Shown in pieces: positions 19,092 through 29,049 of a DNA stretch of 64,000 bases. The translations under genes were made by a program, and so were the position numbers. The stretch comes from Dehalococcoidia bacterium. GTDB lineage: Bacteria; Chloroflexota; Dehalococcoidia; Bin125. Under the pieces are notes generated by a model. The model had not been told where the DNA came from, searched no databases, and saw only the letters and a list, made by a program, of their open reading frames with translations. Position 1 is the first letter of the stretch. Each line of letters starts with the position of its first letter. The DNA lies in contig OY820591.1 of NCBI GenBank assembly GCA_963555985.3, positions 672,001-736,000 of the forward strand, written 5' to 3'.

Positions 19092-20183
19092 ATGGTCAAG
19101 ATCACCAACCTCAAGATCGACGTCTTCAACTGGGAAACGCCGAACTGGCGCGTCGGCACGGGGATGCGTTTCGGCGGGCCGAACCAGCTCTCCGTCGTCA
19201 GCGTCGAGACCGATGCCGGCATCACCGGCAACGCCTTCCTCTCGCGGCCCCAGCATCACGCCCAGGTGTTGATCGACGTGCTCAAGCCGCGCGTGATCGG
19301 CAAGAACCCGCAGGACATCGGTCGCATCTGGGCCGACTGCTACAAGCAGAATCGGGCCGTCTCGAACGCCGCGATCGGCGCGATCGACATCGCGCTTTGG
19401 GACATCAACGGCAAGCTCGCCGACCAGCCGATTCATCGGTTGTTGGGCACCTGCAAGGACGAAGTGCCGGTCTATTCCAGCACCGCCTGGTGGGAGACCG
19501 CCGAGGAGTATGTCGAAGAAGCGCTTCAGTTCAAGGAAGACGGATGGATCGCCCACAAGCTCCATCCACACGGCATCCCGAAGAACGACATTGAGATCTG
19601 CAAGGCCGTCCGCGAGGGCGTCGGCGACGAGATGATCCTGATGCTCGATTCGATGTGGTCCTACCAGTATGAGGACGCGGTCCGCGTCGGCCGCGCGATC
19701 GAGGACCTCAACTACTACTGGTACGAAGACCCGCTGGCCGAGGAAGACCTCTACTCATACGTGAAGCTGCACCAGAAGCTCGACATCCCGATCATGTCGA
19801 CCGAGTACGCGCCCGGCCGCTACTACGGGATGACTCAGTGGATCACCCAATACGCCACCGACATCCTGCGCGGCGATGTGGCGGTCACTGGCGGGATCAC
19901 GCCGCTGGTGCGGCTCTGCCACCTGGCCGAGGGCTTCCAGATGAAGTGCGAGATCCACCACGGCGGCAACAGCCTCAACAACGTCGCCAACCTGCACGTC
20001 ACGATGGCCGTGCCCAACTGCGAGTTCTTCGAGTACTTTCCCAGCACCGGCGGCTTCCTCTACGGCCTGGTCGAAGACATCGACATGTCGGGCGGCATGG
20101 TCTCAGCGCCGACCGGTGCGGGTCTCGGCTACGAAATCGACTGGGATCTGATCAAGAGCCAGCACCTGGCGACATTGGAGTAG
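19092..20183 (+). CDS. Mandelate racemase/muconate lactonizing (enolase superfamily) enzyme
   Basis: IDIALWDINGK..DQPIHRLLG, HKLH, MLD, WYEDP, TE, EIH. Confidence 0.88.
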   Translation: MVKITNLKIDVFNWETPNWRVGTGMRFGGPNQLSVVSVETDAGITGNAFLSRPQHHAQVLIDVLKPRVIGKNPQDIGRIWADCYKQNRAVSNAAIGAIDIALWDINGKLADQPIHRLLGTCKDEVPVYSSTAWWETAEEYVEEALQFKEDGWIAHKLHPHGIPKNDIEICKAVREGVGDEMILMLDSMWSYQYEDAVRVGRAIEDLNYYWYEDPLAEEDLYSYVKLHQKLDIPIMSTEYAPGRYYGMTQWITQYATDILRGDVAVTGGITPLVRLCHLAEGFQMKCEIHHGGNSLNNVANLHVTMAVPNCEFFEYFPSTGGFLYGLVEDIDMSGGMVSAPTGAGLGYEIDWDLIKSQHLATLE

Positions 20184-20196
20184 TGCGAGGTGCTCG

Positions 20197-21291
20197 TCAG
20201 TCGTAGACGATCACACCGCGGCCGTCCTCGCCGCGTGCCAGTGCGTCGAAGGCTTCGTTGATCTCATCCAGCGGGTAGCGGCGCTGCACGATGTGATCGA
20301 TCTCGATCCGGCCGTTGACGTAGGCGTCGACCAGGACCTCAAACGTCCGATGCGGCGAGGCCGAGCCGTAGTAGGAGCCGACCATGGTCTTCTGCTTGCG
20401 GACCATGTCGACGAGGTCGAAGGAGCCGACTGCCTCGGTTGGGGCGAGGCCGACGATGACGCCGGTGCCGCCCTTGCCCAGGGACTGGAAGACCTGGTTG
20501 GCGGTGACGTCGGAGCCGAAGGTGTCGAAGGCGAAATCGACGCCGCCGTTGGAGAGTTCGACAACGGCGGCGGCTGCGTTGACGTTGCGCGCGTTGACCG
20601 TGTCGGTCGCGCCGAACCGCCGGGCAAACTCCAGCTTGTGCTCGTGGATGTCGACCGCGATGATCTTGCTCGCGTTGAGCATTCGCGCGCCCTGGATCGC
20701 ATTCAGGCCAACGCCGCCGGCGCCGATCACTGCGACGGTCATGCCCGCGCGGGCGGTGGGCTGGTTGATGACAGCGCCGACGCCCGTGGTCACCGAGCAG
20801 CCGATCAGCGCCGCCACCTCCATTGGCACCTCGTCGGGAATCGGGAAACAGGCCTGCTGCGCCGTGACGACGTGCTCGCCGAAGACCCCGAGCTTGCCCA
20901 TCTGGTAGATCTCTCGTCCCGCGTCGTCGTGCAGACGAACCGTCCCGTCGAGCAGACGCGAACCGGTTGCCTGGTGCAGGTCGCAGAGCTGCGGCTGTCC
21001 GCGCCGGCAAGTCGGGCACTGCCCGCACGGTGTCACGAACGAGAGGATGCAGCGGTCGCCTGGCTTGAGTTCGGTCACGCCCGGCCCCACCTCTTCGATC
21101 GTGCCCGCGCCTTCGTGTCCTAGGACGGACGGCAATGGGAACGACGCCGTGCCTTCCATGATGTGATGGTCGGAGGCGCAGATGCCGGCCGCGTCCATTC
21201 GCACCCGGACCTCTCCGTATTGCGGATCGTCCTGTTGCAGGTCCTTGATCAGGAGCGGCGTGTTTGGAGATTCAAGTACGGCAGCGCGCAT
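20197..21291 (-). CDS. Zn-dependent alcohol dehydrogenase (class III-like)
   Basis: GICASD, GHEGAG, CGQCPTCRRGQPQLC, GCSVTTG, GAGGVG. Confidence 0.92.
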   Translation of the reverse strand: MRAAVLESPNTPLLIKDLQQDDPQYGEVRVRMDAAGICASDHHIMEGTASFPLPSVLGHEGAGTIEEVGPGVTELKPGDRCILSFVTPCGQCPTCRRGQPQLCDLHQATGSRLLDGTVRLHDDAGREIYQMGKLGVFGEHVVTAQQACFPIPDEVPMEVAALIGCSVTTGVGAVINQPTARAGMTVAVIGAGGVGLNAIQGARMLNASKIIAVDIHEHKLEFARRFGATDTVNARNVNAAAAVVELSNGGVDFAFDTFGSDVTANQVFQSLGKGGTGVIVGLAPTEAVGSFDLVDMVRKQKTMVGSYYGSASPHRTFEVLVDAYVNGRIEIDHIVQRRYPLDEINEAFDALARGEDGRGVIVYD

Positions 21292-21367
21292 GGCAGTCCC
21301 TCCCAGGAATCGCAGTTCGGCCAAAGAGTAACGCAGTCCTCTACCGCCCCGCGTCCGTGACGCCCGC

Positions 21368-22618
21368 CTAGACCACCCGAATCGGATGCGGCAGCGGCTG
21401 ATTGAAGAGGTAGCCCTTCCTGTTGAAAGGGACCGCGTCAGGCTGGATGTTGCCGGCGGCGTCCGTGGCACGGGTCATGATCGTGTGCTCGCCCGGAGTC
21501 GCTTGCCAGGCAAACGCGAACTCAGCCCAACCATCGTCTACCTGGCGGCCGACCAACGATGCCGGCGTCCAGGTCGCGCCGGCGTCATCGCTCCACTCAA
21601 CGGTCGAGATCGGGCCGTGCGGCGAGTGCGCATAGCCCCGCAGCTCCTGGCGAGCGGTGTTCATTCGCGCTGGCCAGGGCAGGGCGAGCGCGCTCTTGAT
21701 CGACTGCGCTGTCACGACGGGTCCCTCAGCCTCACCCTCCCGCTCATAGTCGTCGCCGATCAGCACGTAGGAGGTCGTGTTGTTGCGGGTCCATAACGGC
21801 CTGCTCGAGACGATGATCCGGCCCAGCCACTTGATCTGCGAAGCCCCAACCCAGCCCGGAACGATCGCCCTCAGTGGGTAGCCATGATCCCTCGGCAATC
21901 GCTCGCCGTTCATCCGATGGGCGAGCATCGTGTCGGGGTGAAGCGCCTTCTCAATCGGCATCACCCGCCGGAATCCGCCTTCGGGCGACTCCCGGTCCAG
22001 TCCGATCAGGAGGACGGCGATGGCTTGGTCAGAGACACCGGCCAGTGCCAGCACGTCGGCCAGCGAAACGCCGCCCCACTCCGCGTTGCCGATCGCGCCC
22101 CGGCCCCACTGCGTTCCCCCTGCCATCCGGCCCTGGAGCCGGTCGAACATCACCCGCTGATTGCCGGCGCATTCCAGGTACGAGGTCCGAGTCTGCTGCG
22201 GCAGCCGGAGGATGTCGTCGAAGCTCAACTCGATTGGGGTGTCGATCGCGTCGCCCTCGACTTGCAGCCGCCAGTGCTCCTGGTCGAGGTCGACGCTGCG
22301 CGAATTGTTGCGCACGAAGAACAGCTCGTTCGGCGTGATCGAGCCGGTCATCAGCTCCAACCGCGCTTCCAGTCCCGCGTTGCCGTGGTCAATGAAGGGA
22401 GTCGGGTCCTTGAACACCAACGGCGGCTCGGCAGTTTGCGACACACGCTCGGCTCCGTCTGTCCACCCGGGAATCTCGTCGCCGCAAGCCGCCAGTACCG
22501 CAGCCGCGCCACCCGCCAAGAGCAACGTCAAGAACCGGCGCCGACTCAGCCCGCGACCGCTCGCGAGCCGCCACAGTGCTTCTCCCTGCGCGCCCAAACC
22601 ACTGCGAGTCACCTTCAT
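21368..22618 (-). CDS. Sulfite-oxidase-family molybdoenzyme with a Tat/lipoprotein signal
   Basis: SRRRFL...LAAC signal, FFVRN, LECAGN Mo-Cys, HGYPLRAIVPGW.G..IKWL, RATD..GN.QP. Confidence 0.88.
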   Translation of the reverse strand: MKVTRSGLGAQGEALWRLASGRGLSRRRFLTLLLAGGAAAVLAACGDEIPGWTDGAERVSQTAEPPLVFKDPTPFIDHGNAGLEARLELMTGSITPNELFFVRNNSRSVDLDQEHWRLQVEGDAIDTPIELSFDDILRLPQQTRTSYLECAGNQRVMFDRLQGRMAGGTQWGRGAIGNAEWGGVSLADVLALAGVSDQAIAVLLIGLDRESPEGGFRRVMPIEKALHPDTMLAHRMNGERLPRDHGYPLRAIVPGWVGASQIKWLGRIIVSSRPLWTRNNTTSYVLIGDDYEREGEAEGPVVTAQSIKSALALPWPARMNTARQELRGYAHSPHGPISTVEWSDDAGATWTPASLVGRQVDDGWAEFAFAWQATPGEHTIMTRATDAAGNIQPDAVPFNRKGYLFNQPLPHPIRVV

Positions 22619-22725
22619 TGCCTCGTCCTGAACCCGATTACACGCAGCATATGAAAGGTCGATTCAGCGGACACCGATTGGCCGATCGTTAGCCTGCGCG
22701 ACGAACCCAGTGAAGGAGACTCAGC

Positions 22726-24120
22726 ATGAAGCGCGCCGACTTCGAATCGATCAGCCGTGCCGCGGGCGTCGAACCGGCGGCTGCCGAGATCTCCTTCGTC
22801 GGCGACGGCGATCCGCTCTACCCGTCGCCGCTCCGCCTCGCTGCCGGCATGGCCGCACTGCTCGGTAACGTCGCCGGCGCCGTTAGCGACATCTACGAAT
22901 CGCAGACCGGCAAACCGCAGAGCGCCGAAATCGATCTCGGTCAGGCTTGCGTCGCGATTTCGAGCATGTGGGTGCTCAAGGTCAACGGCCGCAACGCCTT
23001 CGAGTCGCTGCCGGATTCGATTGCGCCCGGTCAGGGCATCTATCCGACCCGCGACGGGCGCTACCTCTACCTGCTCAGCGGTTTTCCGCACATCGTCGAG
23101 CGCACGATGGAAGTCCTCGGCTGCACGGCTGACACCGTTGCCGAGCATGTCGCGGCTCATGATGCTTCGGAACTTGAGCGGAAGCTGGTCAACGCCCAAC
23201 TCACCGGCGTCACGATCCGCACGCCGGACGAATGGCTTGCACATCCGCAAGGCAAGCTCCTGGCCGATGCGCCCGCCGTCACGATCGAGAAGATCGGCGA
23301 TGCGCCGCCCCAGCCGATTCCCGGCGGTGAACTCCCCTTGAATGGCGTCCGCGTGATCGACAGCACCCGCGTACTCGCAGGGCCGACCATCTCGCGCACG
23401 CTCGCGGCGCTTGGCGCGGATGTCCTCCACATCGGTTCGCCCAACGTGCCGGACATGCAGGCCGCTCAAGCCGACACCGGACACGGCAAGCGCCGCGCCT
23501 TTGTCGATCTCGAAACCGCGGGCGGGCGCGGTGCCCTCTGGAACCTGATCGAGGGAACAGACGTCTTTAGCCAGTCCTACCGCGCCAAGTCGCTCGCCCG
23601 CCGAGGCCTCAGCCCTGAAGCGCTGGCCGAACGGCGGCCCGGCATCATCTACATCTCCGAGAACGCCTACGGGCAGTTCGGTCCCTGGCAGGAGAAGCGC
23701 GGCTTCGACGGCAATGTCCAGGCCGCCTCGGGCATTCACCACATCCAGCAGAAGGATCCGACCGAGCTGATCGGGTCAGGTCCGGCGATGGCGCTGAACG
23801 ACTACGGCACCGGCTACTGGGGCGCCTACGGAGCACTCGAGGCGCTGAAACGCCGCGCTGTCGAAGGCGGAAGCTGGCACGTCAAAGTCGCGCTGGGCCA
23901 GACCGCCGCCTGGTTCCTCAGATTGGGAACGCCGCACCGAATCGAGGACGCCGATCCCGAGGATGGTTACCGCCTCGCCGAGCGCTTCTCCGAAACCGTC
24001 GACTCCGACTACGGCAAACTCACGCGACTAAGCTTCCCGATCAGCTTTTCCCAGATCCAGCCCCGCTGGGGACGAACCGTGAAACCAGGCACGCACGAAC
24101 CAGTCTGGCTCGAGCGCTAA
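22726..24120 (+). CDS. Class III CoA-transferase (CaiB/BaiF, long form)
   Basis: PLNGVRVID.TRVLAGP..SR.LA.LGADV, GKR, DVF.QSYR, ALND. Confidence 0.85.
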   Translation: MKRADFESISRAAGVEPAAAEISFVGDGDPLYPSPLRLAAGMAALLGNVAGAVSDIYESQTGKPQSAEIDLGQACVAISSMWVLKVNGRNAFESLPDSIAPGQGIYPTRDGRYLYLLSGFPHIVERTMEVLGCTADTVAEHVAAHDASELERKLVNAQLTGVTIRTPDEWLAHPQGKLLADAPAVTIEKIGDAPPQPIPGGELPLNGVRVIDSTRVLAGPTISRTLAALGADVLHIGSPNVPDMQAAQADTGHGKRRAFVDLETAGGRGALWNLIEGTDVFSQSYRAKSLARRGLSPEALAERRPGIIYISENAYGQFGPWQEKRGFDGNVQAASGIHHIQQKDPTELIGSGPAMALNDYGTGYWGAYGALEALKRRAVEGGSWHVKVALGQTAAWFLRLGTPHRIEDADPEDGYRLAERFSETVDSDYGKLTRLSFPISFSQIQPRWGRTVKPGTHEPVWLER

Positions 24121-24122
24121 CG

Positions 24123-25010
24123 ATGGATCTGACGCAGAACCAGATCATCCTCGCCGACAATATGGACGTGCTGCCGCGCATCCCCGACGCGAGCATTCCC
24201 CTCGTCTACATCGATCCGCCCTTCAACACCGGCAAGCAACGATCCCTCAAGCGCATCCGCACCACCCGCGACGACGAATCCGGCGATCGCACCGGCTTCC
24301 AGGGCCGCCGCTACCGCACCGAGTTTGCCGGAGAGCTCGGCCGCTACGCGGACGCCTACGACGACTATCTCGCCTTCCTCGAACCGAGGCTGCGAGAGCT
24401 GCACCGGGTGCTGACTCCAATCGGCTCACTGTTCCTGCACATCGATCCGCGCGAGTCCCACTACTGCAAGGTGCTGCTAGATCAGATCTTCGGTCGCGAG
24501 TGCTTCATCAACGAGATCATCTGGGCCTATGACTTCGGGGGTCGCTCGAAGAAGAAGTGGCCAGCCAAGCACGACACCATCCTTTGGTACGCTAAGGATC
24601 CCAATCACTACATCTTTAACTACGACGAGATTGATCGGATTCCATATCTCGCGCCGGGTTTGGTCGGTGAGGAGAAGGCCAAGCGAGGTAAGACGCCGAC
24701 GGATGTCTGGTGGCAGACGATCGTTCCCACGAGCGGATCAGAGCGGACGGGGTATCCGACTCAGAAGCCGCTGGCGATTCTGGAGCGGATCGTGAGGGTG
24801 CATTCGAATCCGGGGGATGTCGTTCTGGACTGTTTCGCGGGGTCGGGGACGACTGGGGAGGCGGCGGTGCGTCATGGTCGGCAGTATGTGCTGGTGGATA
24901 GCAACCCCGATGCAATCGCGACGATGTCGGAGCGTCTGGCCGATTCTGCGCCCACTTGTGTGGATATCAGCTCTCCGGATCATCGGAGACAAGTGTCCAA
25001 ATCTGTTTAA
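24123..25010 (+). CDS. Site-specific DNA methyltransferase (N6A/N4C, beta class)
   Basis: YIDPPF catalytic motif precedes DCFAGSGTT SAM motif; YPTQKP. Confidence 0.92.
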   Translation: MDLTQNQIILADNMDVLPRIPDASIPLVYIDPPFNTGKQRSLKRIRTTRDDESGDRTGFQGRRYRTEFAGELGRYADAYDDYLAFLEPRLRELHRVLTPIGSLFLHIDPRESHYCKVLLDQIFGRECFINEIIWAYDFGGRSKKKWPAKHDTILWYAKDPNHYIFNYDEIDRIPYLAPGLVGEEKAKRGKTPTDVWWQTIVPTSGSERTGYPTQKPLAILERIVRVHSNPGDVVLDCFAGSGTTGEAAVRHGRQYVLVDSNPDAIATMSERLADSAPTCVDISSPDHRRQVSKSV

Positions 25011-25995
25011 GCGGAAGCTCAGCGCGAATCTCCAGCGAGAGCTGGTCATACAGTCGAAAGATCTCATTCAATAGATCACGGCCACTCCATAGCCGCAGCC
25101 GAAAGTACATGCGCTTGCCTTCATCCAGCGCAGGTTTCGTGAAACCACTCCAACTCACGAACAATCCCAGATCGGCGCCATGTTTCTCCATTGCTCCGCA
25201 TAGGCGGTCCAGATCTGGCGTTCCGATCGGTTTCTCGGTCGCTTTCACCTGCACACAGAGATGAGGTGCGTCAAAGCCTAGCCGACCGCGGCCGGCGAGG
25301 ATATCCACGCCACCGTCGGGTCCGGGCGGCGAAAACAGCGTCGCATACCCATCGGCTAGGAGTACCGCCTCAACCAGTTCTGCAAACCGGTGTTCGCGAA
25401 ACTGATCGCGGATGTAGTCGAGAATTCGTTCCTCGGGATCGATCGCAAGATACGATTCTTCCTCCACGTCCGTTTCGATCGCCTCTTCCGCAGTCTCAGG
25501 ACGCCCGTCAATCACTGCTTGAAATCGCTCTGCAGCGTCTGGCACGTGAATCTGCACGATCGTGCTTGGTAAGCCCAATCGGCGTACAATATCCTCTCGA
25601 AAGTCACTCTTCGTAATCGTGTCGCCAAACCAGTCCACTGAGCGGCAGTGAAAATGCTGCTCACCGAGCCTTTTGTACTCATAGGGGCCTGCAATTTTGC
25701 CACATGCAACCTGTCCGGGATTACCCTTCAGCGGCATTGCGACATAGTCGCCGCGCTGCATACGTAATCGAAACGAGGTCAGCTGGCCCGTGAGCGATCT
25801 CACTCTTCCCTTCTTCATGCCGGGCTGACTGCTCGTGATTACCTCACGAATGGCCGCTCGGTCTTTTGCCTCACTCAAGTCGGAGACCCCGAAGTGGACC
25901 ATCGTCAGATCATGCGAGCTTGCCGTCTCTTCAAACTCTCCGGCGCTGCCGCCGCGTACCATCCAGACTGCCGGCGTGTCTTCTTGGTCAGTCAT
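24967..25995 (-). CDS. Mrr-family restriction endonuclease
   Basis: WMVRGG N-terminus, FAELV..VL.A.GY, PDGGVDI, VQVK, GLFVSWSGFT, LPLKQIW. Confidence 0.85.
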   Translation of the reverse strand: MTDQEDTPAVWMVRGGSAGEFEETASSHDLTMVHFGVSDLSEAKDRAAIREVITSSQPGMKKGRVRSLTGQLTSFRLRMQRGDYVAMPLKGNPGQVACGKIAGPYEYKRLGEQHFHCRSVDWFGDTITKSDFREDIVRRLGLPSTIVQIHVPDAAERFQAVIDGRPETAEEAIETDVEEESYLAIDPEERILDYIRDQFREHRFAELVEAVLLADGYATLFSPPGPDGGVDILAGRGRLGFDAPHLCVQVKATEKPIGTPDLDRLCGAMEKHGADLGLFVSWSGFTKPALDEGKRMYFRLRLWSGRDLLNEIFRLYDQLSLEIRAELPLKQIWTLVSDDPES

Positions 25996-26005
25996 CTCGC
26001 AACTC

Positions 26006-27007
26006 CTATCGTAGCGCCACCTCAGGATCGCTTGGACGTGGGATCTCGTACCAGGGTTGATCGCAGAACTCCAGATCTTCTGGCGTCAACTCAAGTTCTG
26101 CGTAGCTCAGCGAATCGACGATTTGCTCGGCCCGGCTCGCGCCGACGATTGCGCTTGTGATCCCATCCTGCGCCAGTACCCAGGCGATTGCGGCGTGGGT
26201 GATGCTGACCTCTCGCTCGGCGAAGTATTTCTGTAGGCGGGCAACCTGTGCGAACTGGGCTTCGTCCCAGTAGCGGCGGCGGTAGCGCGGGCCGGCGCTG
26301 CCCAGGGTGAAGCGGGTGTTCTCGCGCAGGTCTTCGGTGTTGGCGTACTTGCCGGTCAGGAAGCCGCCCGCGAGGGGGTTGTAGGCGATGATCCCGACGC
26401 CCTGATCGCGGCAGAGCGGCAGCAGATCCGCCTCGATGTCGCGCCAGAGAATGTTGTAGCGCGGCTGGTCGCAGTCGAAGCGCGTGATCCCGGCCTTGTC
26501 CGACGCGCCCAGCGCCAGCGCCAACTGCCAGGCGCGGTAGTTCGACGCTCCCACGTAGCGCACCTTGCCCCAGCGCACGAGGTCGTCGAGCGCCTGCATC
26601 GTCTCCTCAATTGGCACCGACCAGTCGGGCGAGTGGAGTTGGTAGAGATCGATGTAGTCCGTCTTCAGTCGCCGCAGCGACTCGTCCACTGCCGCGAGAA
26701 TGTGCTGCCGCGACGCTCCGCGCTGATTCGGCGACGGCCCCATCGCGCCCACGCACTTGGTCGCCAGCACGATCTGGTCGCGCGGCTTGCCGGCCAGCCA
26801 ATCGCCGACGATCTCTTCCGTCGTCCCGACGACATTGGCGCCAATCGGGTACACGTCGGCGGTGTCGAAGAAGTTCAGGCCGCCGTCGAAGGCGGTGTCC
26901 ATGATCCGGTCGGCTTCAGCCTGTTCGGTCTGGAAACCGAAGGTCATCGTGCCCAGGCAGATTTCGGAGACGCGCAGTCCGGTGCGTCCCATGTTGCGGA
27001 ATTTCAT
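26006..27007 (-). CDS. Aldo/keto reductase
   Basis: GLRVSEICLGTMTFG, FFDTADVY, SLRRLKTDYIDLYQLH, YNPLAGGFLTGKY. Confidence 0.93.
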   Translation of the reverse strand: MKFRNMGRTGLRVSEICLGTMTFGFQTEQAEADRIMDTAFDGGLNFFDTADVYPIGANVVGTTEEIVGDWLAGKPRDQIVLATKCVGAMGPSPNQRGASRQHILAAVDESLRRLKTDYIDLYQLHSPDWSVPIEETMQALDDLVRWGKVRYVGASNYRAWQLALALGASDKAGITRFDCDQPRYNILWRDIEADLLPLCRDQGVGIIAYNPLAGGFLTGKYANTEDLRENTRFTLGSAGPRYRRRYWDEAQFAQVARLQKYFAEREVSITHAAIAWVLAQDGITSAIVGASRAEQIVDSLSYAELELTPEDLEFCDQPWYEIPRPSDPEVALR

Positions 27008-27069
27008 TCAGTCACCTCCCTGTTCGAGAGCGTAGTCCGGTTCGATCTTGGCTCGCCGTACCGAGCGCC

Positions 27070-27993
27070 TTAGACAAACTGGCTCAGCACTTCGTTGTCC
27101 AGACGCTGGAAATACTCCGGATCATTGTCGCCCCGCCGACCGAACATGATCTCGTCGATGCCGAAGTCGATGAACTCGCCGATTCGCTGCACGATCTTAT
27201 CGGCTGTCCCGTTGAGCGTGCCGGGACCGATCCGCTCCTCCCATTCCCGCGCGGCAGCTTCGTCATCGGTCAGCAGGCAGGGCATCAGCGCCGTGATCTT
27301 GATCTCCGCGGGGTCGCGCCCCACTGTCTCGCAGTGCTTGTGCAGGATGTCGACCTTCTCCTTGAGCAGCTCCACCGACATTCCCCTTCCCGCCCAGCCG
27401 TCGAGATTGAAGATGTCGCCGTACATGGCCAAGGTCTTGAGCGTCCGCTTGGGGCCGGTGCCGCCGACCAGGATCGGGATCGGTTCGCTATAACTGCCGG
27501 GCGAGAGCGGCGCGTCGTCGAGCGAATAGTATTGGCCGTCAAATGTGACTCGTTCGTTGTTCGCGTGCAAGATCGTTCGCAGCATTCGACAGGCTTCTTC
27601 GAAGCGATCCTGGCGCTCTTTCATGCCGGGGAAGTCCCAGCCGTAGGCCGCGTGCTCGCGGCGGAACCAGGAGGCGCCGATGCCGAGGGTGAAGCGTCCG
27701 TGCGAGATGTGATCGATGCTGCCCGCGATCTTCGCCACGAGGCCGGGATTGCGGTAGGTATTGCCGAGCACGAGATGACCAATCCGCAGCGTCTCGGTGC
27801 AGACCGCGACTGCGGCTGCGAGCGAAAACGCTTCGTAGGCCTCGCGGCCCTCTACCTCGACGCCTCGATTCGGCGGGACGAAATGATCCGCGAACCAGAT
27901 CGAGCTGTAGCGACCGGTGTCCATCGTCTGCGCGACCGTGCGGATGTCGTCCCAGGAGGTGAGGTAGGCGGAGACTTGAGCGCCGAACTGCAT
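27070..27993 (-). CDS. LLM-class (probably F420-dependent) oxidoreductase
   Basis: WFADHF, LVLGNTYRNPGLVAK...IDHISHGRF.LGIGA.W...EH.AYG, PILVGG.G.KRTL. Confidence 0.88.
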   Translation of the reverse strand: MQFGAQVSAYLTSWDDIRTVAQTMDTGRYSSIWFADHFVPPNRGVEVEGREAYEAFSLAAAVAVCTETLRIGHLVLGNTYRNPGLVAKIAGSIDHISHGRFTLGIGASWFRREHAAYGWDFPGMKERQDRFEEACRMLRTILHANNERVTFDGQYYSLDDAPLSPGSYSEPIPILVGGTGPKRTLKTLAMYGDIFNLDGWAGRGMSVELLKEKVDILHKHCETVGRDPAEIKITALMPCLLTDDEAAAREWEERIGPGTLNGTADKIVQRIGEFIDFGIDEIMFGRRGDNDPEYFQRLDNEVLSQFV

Positions 27994-28073
27994 GGCGATC
28001 CTTTCGCTGGCGCGGACAGTCTAGGCGGCGGCGCGGTTAGGCTAGGGCGAACTGCGACGACTGGAGGCGTGTG

Positions 28074-29042
28074 ATGCGTGTGCTCGTGATGCCCGGACTG
28101 ACCCTGCCCGAAGTGACCGACGCCCAACTCGACTTGATCCGCAACGCCGCCGGCGACGAGGCCGAAGTGGTCGTCGCCAACAACCGCGAAGACGCGCTCG
28201 AACTGATCCCCGACGCCGAAGTCCTGCTCGGCTACCTCACGCCCGACCTCTTCGCCGAGGCGAACCAACTCAAGTGGGTCCACGCGACCGCTTCCGGCGT
28301 GGACGGCTACCTCTTCGACGCCTTTAAAGAGTCCGACATCCCCCTCACCGGCGAGAAGGGACTGGTCGGGCCGCATCTCGCCGACCATGCCTTTGCGTTG
28401 CTGCTGGCGTTGGCGCGCTCGCTCAAACCCGCGCTCACGCTGAAAGGCGAGGCTTGGGGATCGCGCGTACCGATGCGGCGGGCTGCGTTCGAGCTCTCCG
28501 GGCTGACCATGGGCATCGTCGGCTACGGCGGGACCGGCAAGGCGATCGGACAGCGGGCCAAGGGGTTTGGCATGAACGTGCGCGCGATTGACGCGCTGCC
28601 CGTGCCCGGAACGCCCGAAGTGCCCGTCGTGCTGGGCATGAAATCGCTGCCCGACCTGCTGGCCAAATCCGATGTGGTCGCAGTCTGCACCCCGCTCACC
28701 GCCGAGACGCGCCACCTCTTTAATGGTGAGACCTTCGCCCAGATGAAACCCGGTTCGGTGATCGTCAACGTGACTCGGGGTGAAATCATCGAACTCGAAG
28801 CGTTGATCGACGCCGTCGAATCCGGACACCTGCGCGGCGCAGCCCTCGATGTGGTCGAGGGCGAGCCGCTGCCGCCTGACCATCGCGTCTTCGCGATCGA
28901 CCAGATCGTGATGACCCCCCACACCGCCGGGGCGAGCCAACTCCGAGCCGGACGCAACCTCGAACGTTTCTGCGAGAATCTGCGCCGCTACCGGCGCGGG
29001 CATGAACTGGTCGGTCAAGTCGACAAGCAGGCCGGGTTCTGA
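28074..29042 (+). CDS. D-2-hydroxyacid dehydrogenase
   Basis: GIVGYGGTG, PLT.ETRHL, NVTRG, LDVVEGEPL, MTPHTAG. Confidence 0.9.
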   Translation: MRVLVMPGLTLPEVTDAQLDLIRNAAGDEAEVVVANNREDALELIPDAEVLLGYLTPDLFAEANQLKWVHATASGVDGYLFDAFKESDIPLTGEKGLVGPHLADHAFALLLALARSLKPALTLKGEAWGSRVPMRRAAFELSGLTMGIVGYGGTGKAIGQRAKGFGMNVRAIDALPVPGTPEVPVVLGMKSLPDLLAKSDVVAVCTPLTAETRHLFNGETFAQMKPGSVIVNVTRGEIIELEALIDAVESGHLRGAALDVVEGEPLPPDHRVFAIDQIVMTPHTAGASQLRAGRNLERFCENLRRYRRGHELVGQVDKQAGF

Positions 29043-29049
29043 GCCGTCT

